DNA of 64,000 nt, from NCBI GenBank assembly GCA_964016885.1, contig OZ024741.1, positions 241,738,001 through 241,802,000 on the forward strand, in the 5' to 3' direction. Of the stretch, positions 49,748-64,000 are shown in pieces. Made by a program: the position numbers and the translations under genes. Origin of the DNA: Eledone cirrhosa (taxonomy: Eukaryota). The notes below the pieces were generated by a model, which was not told the origin of the DNA, did not search any database, and saw only the letters and a program-made list of their open reading frames with translations. Numbering within the stretch: the first letter of the stretch is position 1; the number at the start of each line of letters is the position of its first letter.

Positions 49748-50879
49748 TATATATATACTGCATATGTGTATTATTATTAGCTCAGGCTTTTTTATCACCA
49801 ATATGAGACTAAGAAATAAATTAAAATCATGGTCTTACTTAAAGCCAATAGATAATCAGTGTAATTAATACCAAAGCGCAAATATATTGAAACAAATTAT
49901 TAGAGGGATTTAGCCCCTTAGCACCAGAAGGCTTGTAAAAATATGATAATGAAAGGGTTAAAGGAACCCCATGTTTTAACACAATGAAATTCCTATTCTT
50001 ACTTAACTTTGAAAGCGCACTAACAGATGCTTTTGGATGTTATAATGAAGCTTTGATAACCTCAGGTTTGATGAGCCTTGAGACTCAAGATAAGTTTTAA
50101 TTAACTTTTGCCAGTAATATCATATTAGTGAATTAAAAAATGTGAACACTTTTGAAAAATCACCAGATTGAATGAACAAACCTTTAAGCATTTTAACCGA
50201 CCATATCCGGTCAGAATTCTCTCACCTCTTTCTGAACAAACTAGCTGTAACCGGCTGCTCATACTTATGTTAAGGTATTGTTCTCAAAATAAATAATATC
50301 AAAATCTCATAGATTCAATATTATGTGAGATATTTATGTAAGATAAAGTCTTTACTGTGAAAATACAATAGTAAATATAGAGTAATGTAAAATATAATGA
50401 AAATGTACTGACCTGTTTCATAATTTGATTCCGTGTAATGGTGAAGACTCCTGACTGTCTTGTGTAAAACTCCATTCTCTGGTCAACCCTTATGAGGGGT
50501 AATATGCTCGGTTAAGATACAAAATAGTATATAAACTTAGGGAGCAGAACATGGTAAGTATTCCGTGGAATTTATGGTGAGTCTCTGTAAAGATGAAGAA
50601 AAAGAAAAAAAGAGAAAGACGTTAAAAAAATATTGATTGATATGTTGGTAGCTAGCCATAACTAGTAGACTATTTAGTTAAATTGCTTTTTATTCTGAGT
50701 TCAAACATCACTGGAGTCAACAATACTTTATGTCCTTACTGGGGTCATTATCATCATCATCATCATTGTTTAACATCCCTTTTCCATGCTTACATGAGTT
50801 AGTGAGACAAGTTAGGTTCAGATACGGATCTGTATTTTGACTTGGTTTCTATGACTGGATGCGCTTCTTAACATTGACC

Positions 50880-51640
50880 GTGTGACTTTGTGGACATGTC
50901 CACGTGTGTTAGACACATGGAATTCAAAAAGGTGTTCAGGGTTGTTGTTGGCAAGATGGTTAATAGTTTTGTGGGTGTTTCCCAAGTCAGTTGCCAGACG
51001 TCGGAGCTTCACTGTATCCATGCCCAGGGAAGCTGTTCAGAGTATGGTAGATGCCTGATGGAGAGCATTCGCTTGGCTGCACATCTCTGAACAGTTTCCA
51101 GAAGGTCAATGGTCTGAGCAAGATGAGGGTTCCAGACTGGTGATGAAAATTCTAAACACAATGATTAATCCAGCACTGGTCTTATATATTACTATCTGGT
51201 TAAATTAATCATGAAAAATAGACTGCTAATCATGTGTGAAGTTAACTGGTCAAGTTAGCCATGGAAGACAGACTGCTATGTATATTTATAGCTAAATGGA
51301 AGATAGCTATATACAGCTTTAAATAGATAGCTGGAGAGCGGCTGACAAAAGTCGTGCTGAGTGAATCCAAGACACAGTCGGCCTTCTTGACAATTTTAGA
51401 GATTAGCTTTGTCCAACACAAATCGCTGTTGACAGTAATGCTCAGGTCATGTTGACAAGAAAACTTCTTGACATTAGTGTTGTGGAGGGATTACGTGGAC
51501 ACTGGGTGTTTCCTCCCAAAATGAAATGCATGGTGGCACACTTGTCCACAGCTAACTTGAGTTGCCAGTCTATGATCCATTGCTGCATTATGTCCTTGTC
51601 TAATTGCAGGAAAGATCTATAGTGTTCAGGATCTGTCCTT
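50880..51640 (-). pseudogene. CR1-group LINE fragment, interrupted
   Basis: MDTVKLRRLATDLGNTHKTINHL..HVSNTRGH; 50890-51307 is an inverted copy of 33288-33695. Confidence 0.7.
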
Positions 51641-51747
51641 TATATACATAAAAACATACATACATATATACACACACACACATATATATATATATGTGCA
51701 TGTGTATATATATATATATGTGTGTGAATATATATATATATATATAT

Positions 51748-51960
51748 ATTATTAGAAATGTAAGCTATCGCCGTATTTTGACTAAAGAAATTAAAGAAAT
51801 TATTTAGCCTACGTCAATACTCATGTTTTTCCATTTTTCCGAGGGTTCTTAACCCCACTATCAGGCTAAATAATTTCTTTAATTTCTTTAGTCAAAATAT
51901 GGCAATAGCTTACATTTCTAATAATTTCAAACCCACTCGCTGTTTCGAACATATTCTTAC
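51748..51960. mobile_element. PLE-like remnant: 63-bp inverted arms in (TA)n
   Basis: Arms 51748-51810 / 51863-51925; the right arm extends further to a TA run. Confidence 0.5.
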
Positions 51961-52015
<55 letters not shown>

Positions 52016-52339
52016 GAAGGGGAGAGAGATAGAAAGAAAGAGGGAGAATAAGAGATGTAAGAGTGTGCTTTAACTGTGACAACATATTTCTTAAAATACA
52101 AGATTGCACCAAATAATCCAGCTAAAAATGGTATGGTAGTACTGTTGTCTTGAAATGTGTTGATGGAGACAGGGAGACAGGAAGACGTAGAGACATTTGT
52201 GTACACACCTACTCTACTCTGATGCACAAATTAATCTTGAACACCTTTTTGGCCCTCCGGTGGAGAGGAAAAAAAGAAATGCACTTCATTTACTTTGGCA
52301 TGTATTTAAATGACTACTTCTGTATAAACACACACGCAT

Positions 52340-52368
52340 GTATGTATGTAAGTATGTATGTACGTATA

Positions 52369-52405
<37 letters not shown>

Positions 52406-52556
52406 GTGTGTGTGTGTTTATATATATATATGTGTGTGTGTGTTTATATATATATATATGCGTGTGTGTGTATATATATATGTGTATATATATATGTATA
52501 TATAAATATATATATATATTTATATATATATATATTTATGTATATATATATTTATG

Positions 52557-52592
<36 letters not shown>

Positions 52593-52607
52593 TATAGGTG
52601 TGTGTGT

Positions 52608-52664
<57 letters not shown>

Positions 52665-52688
52665 TGTGTGTGTATATATATATTTATG

Positions 52689-52755
<67 letters not shown>

Positions 52756-53148
52756 TTATATATATATAAATATATATATATGCGTGTGTGTGTATATATA
52801 TATGTGTATATATATATGTATATATAAATATATACATATATTTATATATATATATTTATATATATATATATTTATGTATATATATATGTATATATATATA
52901 TATATGTATATATATATAAATATGTATGTATATATACATATGTATATATATATATATATATATTCGTATATGTATATATATATATATATGCATATATGTA
53001 TGTATGCTTGTGTGTGTGTGTGTATAGAAAGATACATATACATGTTTACACTGAGCCCCTGAAACCCAATGCTAAACTTCTCCACTGGTATACACACGTG
53101 CATTCACAAACATATACACATACATACATACATATCTACATACATACA

Positions 53149-53179
<31 letters not shown>

Positions 53180-53200
53180 CTACATACATACATACATACA

Positions 53201-53231
<31 letters not shown>

Positions 53232-53244
53232 CTACATACATACA

Positions 53245-53275
<31 letters not shown>

Positions 53276-53906
53276 CTACATACATACATACATACATACA
53301 TCGATGTGCACAGTGATGCAATTAAACTGCTAAACCATTAAAAGCAGCTGTTTGTATATAAAGGGGACTAATAACAACAACAACAACAACATCACTGAGA
53401 ACAACAGTGATAATATTAAGAAAAACAATTCCATCAACAACAACAACAATAGCAAAAGACAATAACAATATGTAAATGAAGAAGACGAAAGGGGGGAGAA
53501 GAAGGAGGGGAAGAAGAAGAAGACGAAGAAGAAGAAGAAGAAGAAGAAGAAGAAGAAGAAGAAGAAGAAGAAGAAGAAGAAGAAGAAGAAGAAAAGGGAG
53601 GAGAAGGGAGAAGCAGAATGTGGAGGAGGAGGGCATGGAGGTGGAAGAGTATTAAGAGAAGAGCTGCCACAACAGTAGCAGCAACAACAACAACAGCAAT
53701 GGCTACAACAACAACAACAACTGGAATGTCAACCTAGGAAAGGTTTATCAGTAAATTAAATGTAAATGAAATAAATGATGAATTTGTAGATATAAAAAAT
53801 TGCTCAGAGAGCAAAGTTTGCAATGAATTCAGGCAAAATCTCATTAAATAAACATCTAGAGTATTATTATTATTTTTAGTAGTAGTAGTGGGAGTAGTAG
53901 TATAGT

Positions 53907-53948
<42 letters not shown>

Positions 53949-53996
53949 TAGAAGTAGTAGTAGTAGTAGTAGTAGTGTAGCGGTAATAGCCGTAGT

Positions 53997-54030
<34 letters not shown>

Positions 54031-54169
54031 AAGTAGTAGTAGTAATAGTAGTAGTAGTAGTAGTGTAGCGGTAATAGCCGTAGTGTAGTAGTAGTAGTAG
54101 TAGTAGTAGTAGAAGTAGTAGTAGTAGTAATAGTAGTAGTAGTAGTAGTGTAGCGGTAATAGCCGTAGT

Positions 54170-54202
<33 letters not shown>

Positions 54203-54255
54203 TAGTGGTAATAGCCGTAGTGTAGTAGTAGTAGTAGTAGTAGTGTAGCAGTAAT

Positions 54256-54343
<88 letters not shown>

Positions 54344-54345
54344 TT
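52340..54345. repeat. Compound microsatellites (TA/TG, CATA, GAA, TAG, CAG)
   Basis: Directly visible. Confidence 0.9.
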
Positions 54346-54449
54346 GATGATGATGGTGGTGGTGATAGTGACGGTGGGGGTGATGATGATAACAATGATA
54401 ATGATGCTGATGATAGTAATGATATTAATGACTTCTTATAGTAAATAAT

Positions 54450-54555
54450 TGTTTCTACTATTGGCACAAGGCCAGCAATAAACCAGTACATTACTGGTAC
54501 TTTATTTTATCGACCCCGTAAGGATGAAAGGCAAAGTTAACCTCGGCGGGATTTG
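54450..54555 (-). mobile_element. 5'-truncated SINE with 14-bp TSD
   Basis: ttatagtaaataat at 54436-54449 and 54556-54569. Confidence 0.85.
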
Positions 54556-54619
54556 TTATAGTAAATAATGTAATCATAACAACTCTTTATCTGCTCTAAC
54601 AGAAGCTTGTACCATAAAC

Positions 54620-56891
54620 ACATTACTACCACCACCACCACCACCACCAACGCCACACTACCAACACCACCACCGCAACCACTTCAACCACCACCACCAC
54701 CACCACAACCACTACCACCAACTCAACACTACCACCACCACCACAACCACTACCACCAATCCCACACTACCATCACCACCACAACCACTACCACCAACTC
54801 AACACTACAACCACCACAACCACTACCACTTCAACCACCACCACCACCACCACAACCACTACCACCAACTCAACACTACCACCACCACCACAACCACTAC
54901 CACCACCATAGCCACTACCACATCCAACACCACCACCACCACCACAACCACTACCACTTCAACCACCACCACCACCACCACAACCACTACCACCAACTCA
55001 ACACTACCACCACCACAACAACCACTACCACCGACTCCACACTACCACCACCATAGCCACTACCACATCCAACACCACCAACACCACCACCACCACAACC
55101 ACTTCAACCACCACCACTACCACCACAACCACTACCACCAACTCAACACTACCACCACAACCACTACCACCAACTCCACACTACCACCACCCTAGCCACT
55201 ACCACATCCAACACCACCACCACAACCACCATCACAACCACTTCAACCACCACCACTACCACCACAACCACTATCTACCACCAACTCAACGCTACCACCA
55301 CCACCACCACAACCACCACCACAACCACTTCAACCACCACCACTAACACCACAACCACTACCTACCACCAACTCAACACTACCACCACCACCACAACCAC
55401 CACAACCACCACCACTACCACTACAACCACCACCACTACCACTACAACCACTACCTACCACCAACTCAACACTACCACCACCACCACAACCACCACCACA
55501 ACCACTTCAACCACCACCACTACCACTACAACCACCACCACTACCATTACAACCACTACCTACCACCAACTCAACACTACCACCACCACCACAACCACTA
55601 CCACCAACTCCACAGTACCATCACCATAGCCACTACCACATCCAACACAACCACCACCACCTCAACCACTTCAACCACCACCACTACCACCACAACCACT
55701 ACCTACCACCAACTCAACACTACCACCACCACAACCACTACCACCAACTCCACACTACCAACACCACCACAACCACCACCTCAACCACTTCAACCACCAC
55801 CACTACTACCACCACTACCACCAACTCCACACTACCACCACTACCACCAACTCCACACTACCATCACCATAGCCACTACCACATCCAACACCACAACCAC
55901 CACCACCTCAACCACTTCAACCACCACCACTACCACCACAACCACTACCACCAACTCAACATTACCACCACAACCACTACCACCAACTCCACACTACCAT
56001 CACCATAGCCACTACCACATCGAACACCACTACCACCACCACCACCACCACAACCACTTCAACCACCACCACTACCACCACAACCACTAGCACCAACTCA
56101 ACACTACCACCACCACCACAACCACTACCACCAACTCCACACTACCATCACCATAGCCACTACCACATCCAACACCACCACCACCACCACCTCAACCACT
56201 TCAACCACCACCACTACCACCACAACCACTACCTACCACCAACTCAACACTACCACCGCCACCACCACAACCACTACCACCAACTCCACACTACCATCAC
56301 CATAGCCACTACCACATCCAACACCACCACAACCACCACCTCAACCACTTCAACCACTACCACTACCACCACAACCACTACCACCAACTCAACACTACCA
56401 CCACCACCACCAACTCCACACTACCATCACCATAACCACTACCACATCCAACACCACCACCACTGCCACCACCACAACTACCACTACCAATACCACCACA
56501 GCCCCCAACAACCACAACAACCACTACCATCACCATTACCACCACCGCTACCAACACCACAGCAACCATCACCACCACCACTACAACCACCACCACCACA
56601 ACAACAATCACCATCACATCAACAACCACCATCATCAAGACTACCACCACCACCACAACCACTACCACCACAACAACAACCACCACCACCACCACCACCA
56701 CAACCACTACCACCACAACAACAACCACTATCACCCTCTACCAGTGAATCAATGAAGTTACTAATTAATTTTGGTGTGAAAAACTCCCTAGAGCACACTA
56801 ACACTACTACTACAACTACTACTACAACTACTACTACTACTACTACTACGATGACGACTGCTGCTACTACTACCAATACTACTACTACTAA

Positions 56892-56945
<54 letters not shown>

Positions 56946-56980
56946 CATCACCACTACTACTACTGATACTACTACTACTA
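54620..56980. repeat. (CCA)n-based cryptic satellite followed by (CTA)n
   Basis: Recurring caccaactcaacactac and catagccactaccacatccaac subunits. Confidence 0.92.
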
Positions 56981-57231
56981 TTGTGATTGCTGTGTTTGTT
57001 TGTGGTGGGTGGACTAGTGGAAATATTTAAGTTAGAGGTGATAATGGTGGTGGTGGTGATGGTATGGTGTTGATGTTGCAGTAGTAGTGTAAGTACTAGT
57101 GGTGATGCTGGAGGTTGGCATAGAAAAATTGACTACTACTACTACTACTACACAATGATGTGACATTAATTGGCTCCTTTCTTTTTGCTGCACACACACA
57201 CACTTCATATATAGATGCATATGCATAAATA

Positions 57232-57285
<54 letters not shown>

Positions 57286-57624
57286 AGGGATGTAAGGTTC
57301 TGTACAAAACTGGTTATAGAGAAAAAGTCTCCTTCTCAACAAGGAAGATGCAAAAACTTACCTCAACACTTAATTTTAAATCTTTAATTTTTAGTTTTTA
57401 ATCCTTATTAATTCTTTTTAATTGTAATACTCAGCATTTGATAAGATGAATTTTACCAATACATCAAAACCAGTAATACTTTATATACTTTATATACATT
57501 ATAAAACTCTTTTTTTAAAAGAATTGACCCTCTTATTTTTCCAATAATGCACTTTGACAAACCAAAAGAAAAAAAACAAAGAAAAACAGACCCTTAAATA
57601 TATTTAGAGTGCTATTTCCAATCT

Positions 57625-57711
<87 letters not shown>

Positions 57712-57713
<2 letters not shown>

Positions 57714-58030
57714 TGGACAGCAGACAATACATTGGACAGGTTGAATCAAATTTTGAACAGAAATTTTGAACAATTTTTAACTTGCTTGTCTCAACGTTCT
57801 GGTATTCAGATAGGAGAACCTCCATAGCTTTGGCAGCCCAAATATGGGCCTTGAAAATCAAAAATATATACTGTAATATACAAATATGTAAACCCTACAT
57901 TATATAGGATTTGCACCATTGAAAAAAATAATAATATAATTCTTCAAGGTGGGAATTGTCCAATGAATATCTCAATTCAAGGACTGAAATTTTTTAATAT
58001 TTTCTTCACTTTAGAAAGTATCTGTTTACT
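57712..58030 (+). pseudogene. Decayed PLE GIY-YIG endonuclease fragment (Naiad-like)
   Basis: Manual translation: RQYIGQVESNF..RRTSIALAAQIWALK..KPY..ICTIEK..YLNSRTEIF; starts directly after (TA)n. Confidence 0.7.
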
Positions 58031-58871
58031 GTTTGGAAACATCACCCACCCAAATATCAGCCAATCCAATGGATAGGTCCCATATGATTGACAACGTTTT
58101 ACAAGCCTTTCAACATCACACCCAATCTTTTGCATCTATATACTCTGTGTTTTTATACTGCTACCCAACATATAGCTGTATGTGCCTTCTAGAAATATTA
58201 GCTTTTAGTATTCTATTTATCTCACAAAGCAAGTCAACTGTGGCAGATGCCACCTTTTATACATATCCAACATTAGAACCATTCCTGTTTAACTGCATAC
58301 TATTTTCTACAATGTACAATCCCTATACACACGGATTTATCAAGGGAAATAATTTTATAATATCAAACAGCCGAGTCATCACACCTGGTTTATTTCATTA
58401 TCACATACAACTATGCTGAATTAAAAAGCTTAACTTGTAGCTAATTTTGATCATGTTGTTTTGTCATTTTAATTTTTACTAGGCTAATTTTTTTCAGCCT
58501 GACCTCGAGAGACTAAATTTAATTGATGTAACTATATAAACCTGAAACGAAGTTATATTTCCTTGAAGAATAATGGATTATAACAATTCAGGATTATTAT
58601 ATTCTTTAATAGTCAACAATGAACATAGTATTCCTACACATGTTTTTGTCAGCTTGGAATATACATAATATACTTGACAGCTGGGTTACACAGGTTTAGC
58701 CAGATCAGCCTGAGTGCTGCAATTGCAACTGATATATATATCATCATCATCATCATCATCATCTTCGTTTAACGTCCATTTTCCACGCTAGCATGGGTTA
58801 TATATATAATTCTTTCTCTCTATTTTTTGTCCGCCCCCTCTCTCTCTCTCTATACATATATATATATATAT

Positions 58872-59089
58872 GAGTGTCCCCAAAAATGTATAAACAAAGA
58901 ACCTTTGAAAAATGCATTAAAATAAATTCTTTTATATGCATTATTTAAATTATGCAAACATTTTTGAGTGTTTACATGGAATTGAATTATGCCTGTAGAT
59001 CATTTTATTTTGGAGAAAGGTTGTGCATTCTAATAAATATTGCCTGTGCAGGTAATCAAAGTATGTATGCATTTTGGGAGGACACCCTG
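58872..59089. mobile_element. Tc1/mariner-type MITE (inverted copy of 15295-15509)
   Basis: Shared internal sequence; ggacaccctgTA end. Confidence 0.75.
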
Positions 59090-61471
59090 TATATATAAAC
59101 ACATCATCATCATCATAATTTAACATTAATTTCTCCTGCTAACAAGGGTTGGATGGGTAGTTGTAGATCAGTCAGTATTTAATTGAATCTCCTGACATCT
59201 CAGATGGACCTAGAGTCCATATCTTGCTTATATACGTGCCTGTAGTGTACAGGGTACATGGGGTGAATTTTATTGTTGCACAAGTACAAGCGAAGTTGTC
59301 ATGTCTTTGAGACAACTGAGGAGTCTTCTTAACTCTTTATTTGGTAAGTTTCCTATGTCTGGATGTCCTTTCTTCTCAGCAACCAGTTTATAGAATGTAC
59401 TGGGTGAATTTTCTGTGGCACCAGCATTAGCGATGTTGACGACTGAAGGATCCTCTCAATCATGTTTGGCATGGTTTCTACAGCTAGACACCCTTCCTAA
59501 CACCAACCACTTCCTATAGGGTACTAGGTACATTTTATAGCATCATCTTTGCATACAATGTTGTTTACATTCAAAGCAGTTTAATTTAGATTTTTGCTTT
59601 AAATGATTGTTATCAAAGCTGTTTAATTCAAGGATTTGAGCAGTCAGCTGATACCCAAAAGATATAAAGTTTGATTCCTTGTAGCAACCACTGGCATAAT
59701 TTTTCTATCCATAAGGAGTCTTTGCCAGATTTTTCTAAGTTACTTAAAGCAACTAACTGTATTTATAGCTATTTTCTGCGTCTGATTTTCCCATATTTCT
59801 ATAAACTCAGTACTTTGAAAGTTTGAATTTTGCATACAATGTTGTATTGGTGGTCATGTAGGTGTCACAACAAAAAGCTCCCAGCACACACTGTAAATGT
59901 GGTTGGCATTAGGAAGAGCATCCAGCCATGCAAACCTAGCCAGAAACAGTTCTACATGAGCAAGGCACGGTCATCTGACCCAACTTGCCTCTAAAAATGA
60001 CAGCCTGTCTAACACATGCTAGAATGAAAAATTGGTATAAAACGATGATGATGATGATTTACATATATATATTTCATACATACATGACTGCTACATGATT
60101 AGAAATGTGTCACTTGTATGAAATCCTCAGAAATGTCAAATAAAGTTGGTCAGGTTTGTAATTTTACCAACTTTATCTGATATTCCTGATGATTTCATAT
60201 AAATGAAACAGTTTTAGTCCTGTAGAAGTAATTTCTAAATGAAATAAATATGTATCTTCTCTAATTTATTAGGTACTATCATTTAAATTTTCTATAGAGA
60301 GGTTCTTGATAAATTTCTGCCAAAGAATATCAACAACCAAGCAATATTTGAAGAATTTATCAGTTCCAGGACTCAAAACGTGCAATAACTTTTGCACCAA
60401 CCTAATACACACACAGGCACACACACAGACACACATACACACAAACACACATATTATACTGTATAATATATTATATTATATTATATATTATATATAGAGC
60501 AAACACTGCAGGATATTCTGTTCATCAGCTGATAACTGGAAAACTCAACAATTTCATCCACTCTTGATAGAATTATTTCACCCAGCAGTTTGAAACAGGT
60601 TTTGTTGTTCACTCTGGATCACACATTTCCCTTCCATTGTCCATGCAATTTCCTCAGCAGGCTGGCTACATCTGTAACCACTCCAATACTCAAGTAAATA
60701 TTTTTCTTAAGTCTGCCACATTGAGAATTTTTACTTTGCATTCAGCTTTGCTTTAATATATATATGTGTGTGTAGGTGTTTGCAAGAGTGTGTGCATGTG
60801 TGTATGTAGATGTATGTGTATGTACGCTATACATTGTTAGTGGTTATTGTCATTTTACTTCAGCCAAGCTGAAATATAAAGGTACACTGAATGTTCTCTG
60901 TATCTTAACTCAGAAACATATAATCTCACACACACACACACACACACACACAAATATACATATATAGTAATAATAATAAATTTGAAGACTAAAATCCAAA
61001 GAGGGCTCGATAAGGATAAATATATATCAGATATATAAGAACCGCTCCTATTAATGACGTATTATATTCGTTTTTCCCCGTTCTTTGCCGGGGAACATTT
61101 CCATGAACCAAAGTATCGTCTTCCTGTCTTCCTCCGGTTGCAACGTTTTTTGAAATATCCACTTCTGTGTTTACAGATTGACTTTGTTAGTTTCAGAAGA
61201 TCCCGTTAAGGGTCAAAGCAGTGATTCTTTGCTTAAACTTAATCTGTTATTTTAATAAATATATATATATATATATTATAAAGAGTCAGAACCCTGATGG
61301 CTGAGCTCCTGCCATTTCAACAGCTAGTTCCAGTCTTTATAATATAACCATAATCTACTACACCAAGTATTGACTATGCTGTTGAGTAATGGTCTAACCA
61401 GTTTCAAATGGAATCCATCCTGATTTATATGTATAACCCATATGTATGGGTTATATATATATAGTATAGCA

Positions 61472-62174
61472 CTATATATATATATATATATGTATATATA
61501 TAAATCTGAAGTTTTCTGTATGTATATGTATATGTGTGTCGACAATTTTTAATGAGGGTTCATATATTCTAAACCATTCATGCGATTTCTTTGACATTTT
61601 TTACAGAGCTTCACCTTGCACAAAACCTGTACAGGATTTACAAAGGCTTTCAAAAATCGATATTGGAGCCTTTGGAGACATTAAAAAAGTTTCGGTCATT
61701 TGTGTGAATTTTCGTGATTAAGTAAGATAAGAGTTATCTTTCCTAATCAAGAGTTATCTTTCGTAATTCGGCTCATTCGGATTTTAATTTACTCTTTCTA
61801 CTTGAAACAAAAAGAATAACAATATCATTTTGTATATTTCACAACCAGCAATTTCTAACAGATTGTCCAATCTGTATTGTTATTTCAGCCTATGTACGTA
61901 CATAATAGTGTCTATTATTCACTTCACTTCTCTATTTCATGATGCGCTTTTACTGTTGTCTAAAACATTTATACCTAGACTGGATTTCTGTTGTTACATG
62001 GTATAACGGATGACACCGAGCTCACATATTAATTATTTCGCTGGAATATTGCCTAAGGTTTTCATGTTTACATAAAGTACGTTTTTCTTCTATGTATTCA
62101 AATTTACTTTGTTTAGTTTAATGAGCTACGTCGAAAGCTACTTGAACCGTCCAAAGGACGGGTAGTTTAGCTAG
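61472..62174 (+). mobile_element. Non-autonomous Helitron-like element
   Basis: 3' hairpin ccgtcc-aaa-ggacgg about 9 nt before CTAG|T; 5' ctatata...taaatctgaagtt followed by a microsatellite; no TSD seen. Confidence 0.55.
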
Positions 62175-62213
62175 TATATATATATATATATATATATAAA
62201 TATACGTACATAC

Positions 62214-62257
<44 letters not shown>

Positions 62258-62258
<1 letters not shown>

Positions 62259-62985
62259 GGTTTCTACTTTAGATACAAGGCCTGCAATTGGGGAGAGGGG
62301 AAAGTCGATTAAATTGACCTCAGTATATTACTGGTACTTTATTTTATCGAACCCGTAAGGATGAAAAATAAAGCTAACCTTGGCAGAATTTGAAACCTGA
62401 ACGTAAAAAGACATAACTCTATGCGGCGAAGTATGTTGTCGGACACTCTACCGATTTCTCTCATTTTATCGCCCTAAAAATAATGGTTTCTGATTTAAGC
62501 ACAAGGCCAGCAATTTTTGTTGAGGGGGAAAAATCGATTAAATCGTCTCCAATACATTCATTACAGTTACATTATTTGGCAGTTTTGGTAGAGAGTCAGA
62601 CGCCATGTTTTCCAGCATAGTTACGCCCCTTTACGATCTGTGTTCAAATCCAGCCGAAGGTCGATAAAATAAAGTACCAGTAATGTACTGGGTAATTGCT
62701 GGCCTTGTGCCAAAAGTAGAAACAATTATTTTATCGACCGCGACTGGATGAAAGGCAAAGCTAACCTCGGCGATATTTGCAGAATCGGTAGAGCGCCGGG
62801 CAAAATATTGTGTGGTATTTAGCACCAACTTTCTACGTTCTGAGTTCAAATCCAACCGAGGTCGACTTTACCTTTCATTGTTGAGTGGTCGACAAATTAA
62901 AGTACCAGCTATGTAATAGGGATTGATTTCATCGATTTTTTTCCCAACTCTTCAAATTGCAGGCCTTAAGCCTAAATTAGGGGCC
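62258..62985. mobile_element. Nest of ~5 full or partial SINEs of the 19215 family in both orientations
   Basis: Repeated gtcgataaaataaagtaccag, ggccttgtgcc and gagttcaaatcc motifs on both strands. Confidence 0.8.
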
Positions 62986-63737
62986 AGTTGTCATACATAG
63001 CCCCTAATTGAGAAGATCTTTAACTCCCGTTAGAAACGACCTTCACCTCCGGACGGGAGGCTATTAAATTCTAAGGTTTCACAAATGTAATTTTGGTATA
63101 TATATATATACACACACATACATACATGTATATAAATATATATATATATATATAACGAATGAACTGTTGTAAGGAACCAGATGGACCATAACGCACCAGA
63201 GTACTCAATACTTAGTGTAGTAGAGTCCAGAAATAGCTGTCGAAACGGCTTGAGCTCTGCCGTCGGGGTCATACTTTTTCCTATATATATATATATATGT
63301 TATCATTCTTATCATCTCAGCGATAACGGTCTTCTCAGATTCTGAAAAGCATATCACCATGGTAACATTTTCAGATAAAATATCAATTTCACTGTAATTG
63401 TAGGAATGGTTTTACTTATTCTGTATTACACACACACACGCACGCATACATCTATATGTAAATATTTACGCTTAGAATTTCAAATGAGAACCACAAAACA
63501 CTCAATACATGTGTAGGAGGATTTATTTAATTCCATAACGTCGATGATTCTTTCTGTAACTATGAAAGGTTTCATACAATCTGTGAAGCCAAATCTTACA
63601 GCAAAGCTTGCTACAGAGAATCGAGCAACTAGGGAACGCACCATCGACCTTGTAATATTATATAAACTAATAAGTCTTAATGGACTTTCTATTTATGAAT
63701 CCCAGTATTTATCTTGTTTATTCTATATATATATATA

Positions 63738-63917
63738 CTGTATATGCCGGCATACAAGTCGATCCGGTGCACAGATCGGCCGCTAAAATTCTGAGGTGTA
63801 GCTTAGGTGAAGCAGCATGCATACTTCCACATTTTATATTCGGCGGACAAGTCGACCCCAGGTTTTGGAGAGATTTTTTTAGACTCCAAATGTCGACTTG
63901 TACGCCGGCATATACGG
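63738..63917. mobile_element. Tc2/pogo-like MITE
   Basis: TIRs c(t/c)gtatatgccggc(a/g)tacaagtcga, TA flanks within (TA)n. Confidence 0.8.
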
Positions 63918-64000
63918 TATATATATATATATATATACAAGTTAATATAAATTAATATATGATAAACACATAAGTGTTTGTATTGTCAATGACCAAGTTA

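Noticed and set aside
51910-53670. Numerous YI/HT/poly-L ORFs
   Set aside because: Microsatellite translations.
33288-56730. One large inverted duplication pairing the GGT and CCA satellites plus the CR1 copies
   Set aside because: The order is not mirror-symmetric and the satellite subunits differ.
61190-61235. Hammerhead-like cagaaga-tcccgttaagggt-caaagc
   Set aside because: Both core segments deviate and stems I and III cannot be formed convincingly.

Overview
Eukaryotic, AT-rich, microsatellite-laden DNA, most consistent with a coleoid cephalopod (octopus-like); the organism is inferred from the protocadherin type and the repeat families. The only host gene is a 6-EC protocadherin on the minus strand. 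Its large exon (3742-1305) has clear splice sites on both sides, so the remaining ~60 kb is its 5' intron or upstream region. That region is a dense mobile-element landscape. It holds an intact RTE-clade LINE (APE + RT, 1039 aa) with a PHD finger inserted inside its RT, preceded by a 4.3-kb higher-order tandem array (25 x 98-bp monomers punctuated by ~310-bp spacers) that runs into the 5' UTR. tRNA-derived SINEs borrow this LINE's 3' UTR, and some swap in the terminus of a second RTE. A cluster of Penelope-like (Naiad-type) remnants carries minimal hammerhead ribozymes and snap-back palindromes, most of which the ORF track misses. There are also Tx1, CR1 and CRE LINE fragments, Tc1/mariner, piggyBac-like and hAT-like MITEs, a Helitron-like element and several TE-born minisatellites. 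All alignments and folds were done by eye; coordinates of degenerate elements are approximate.
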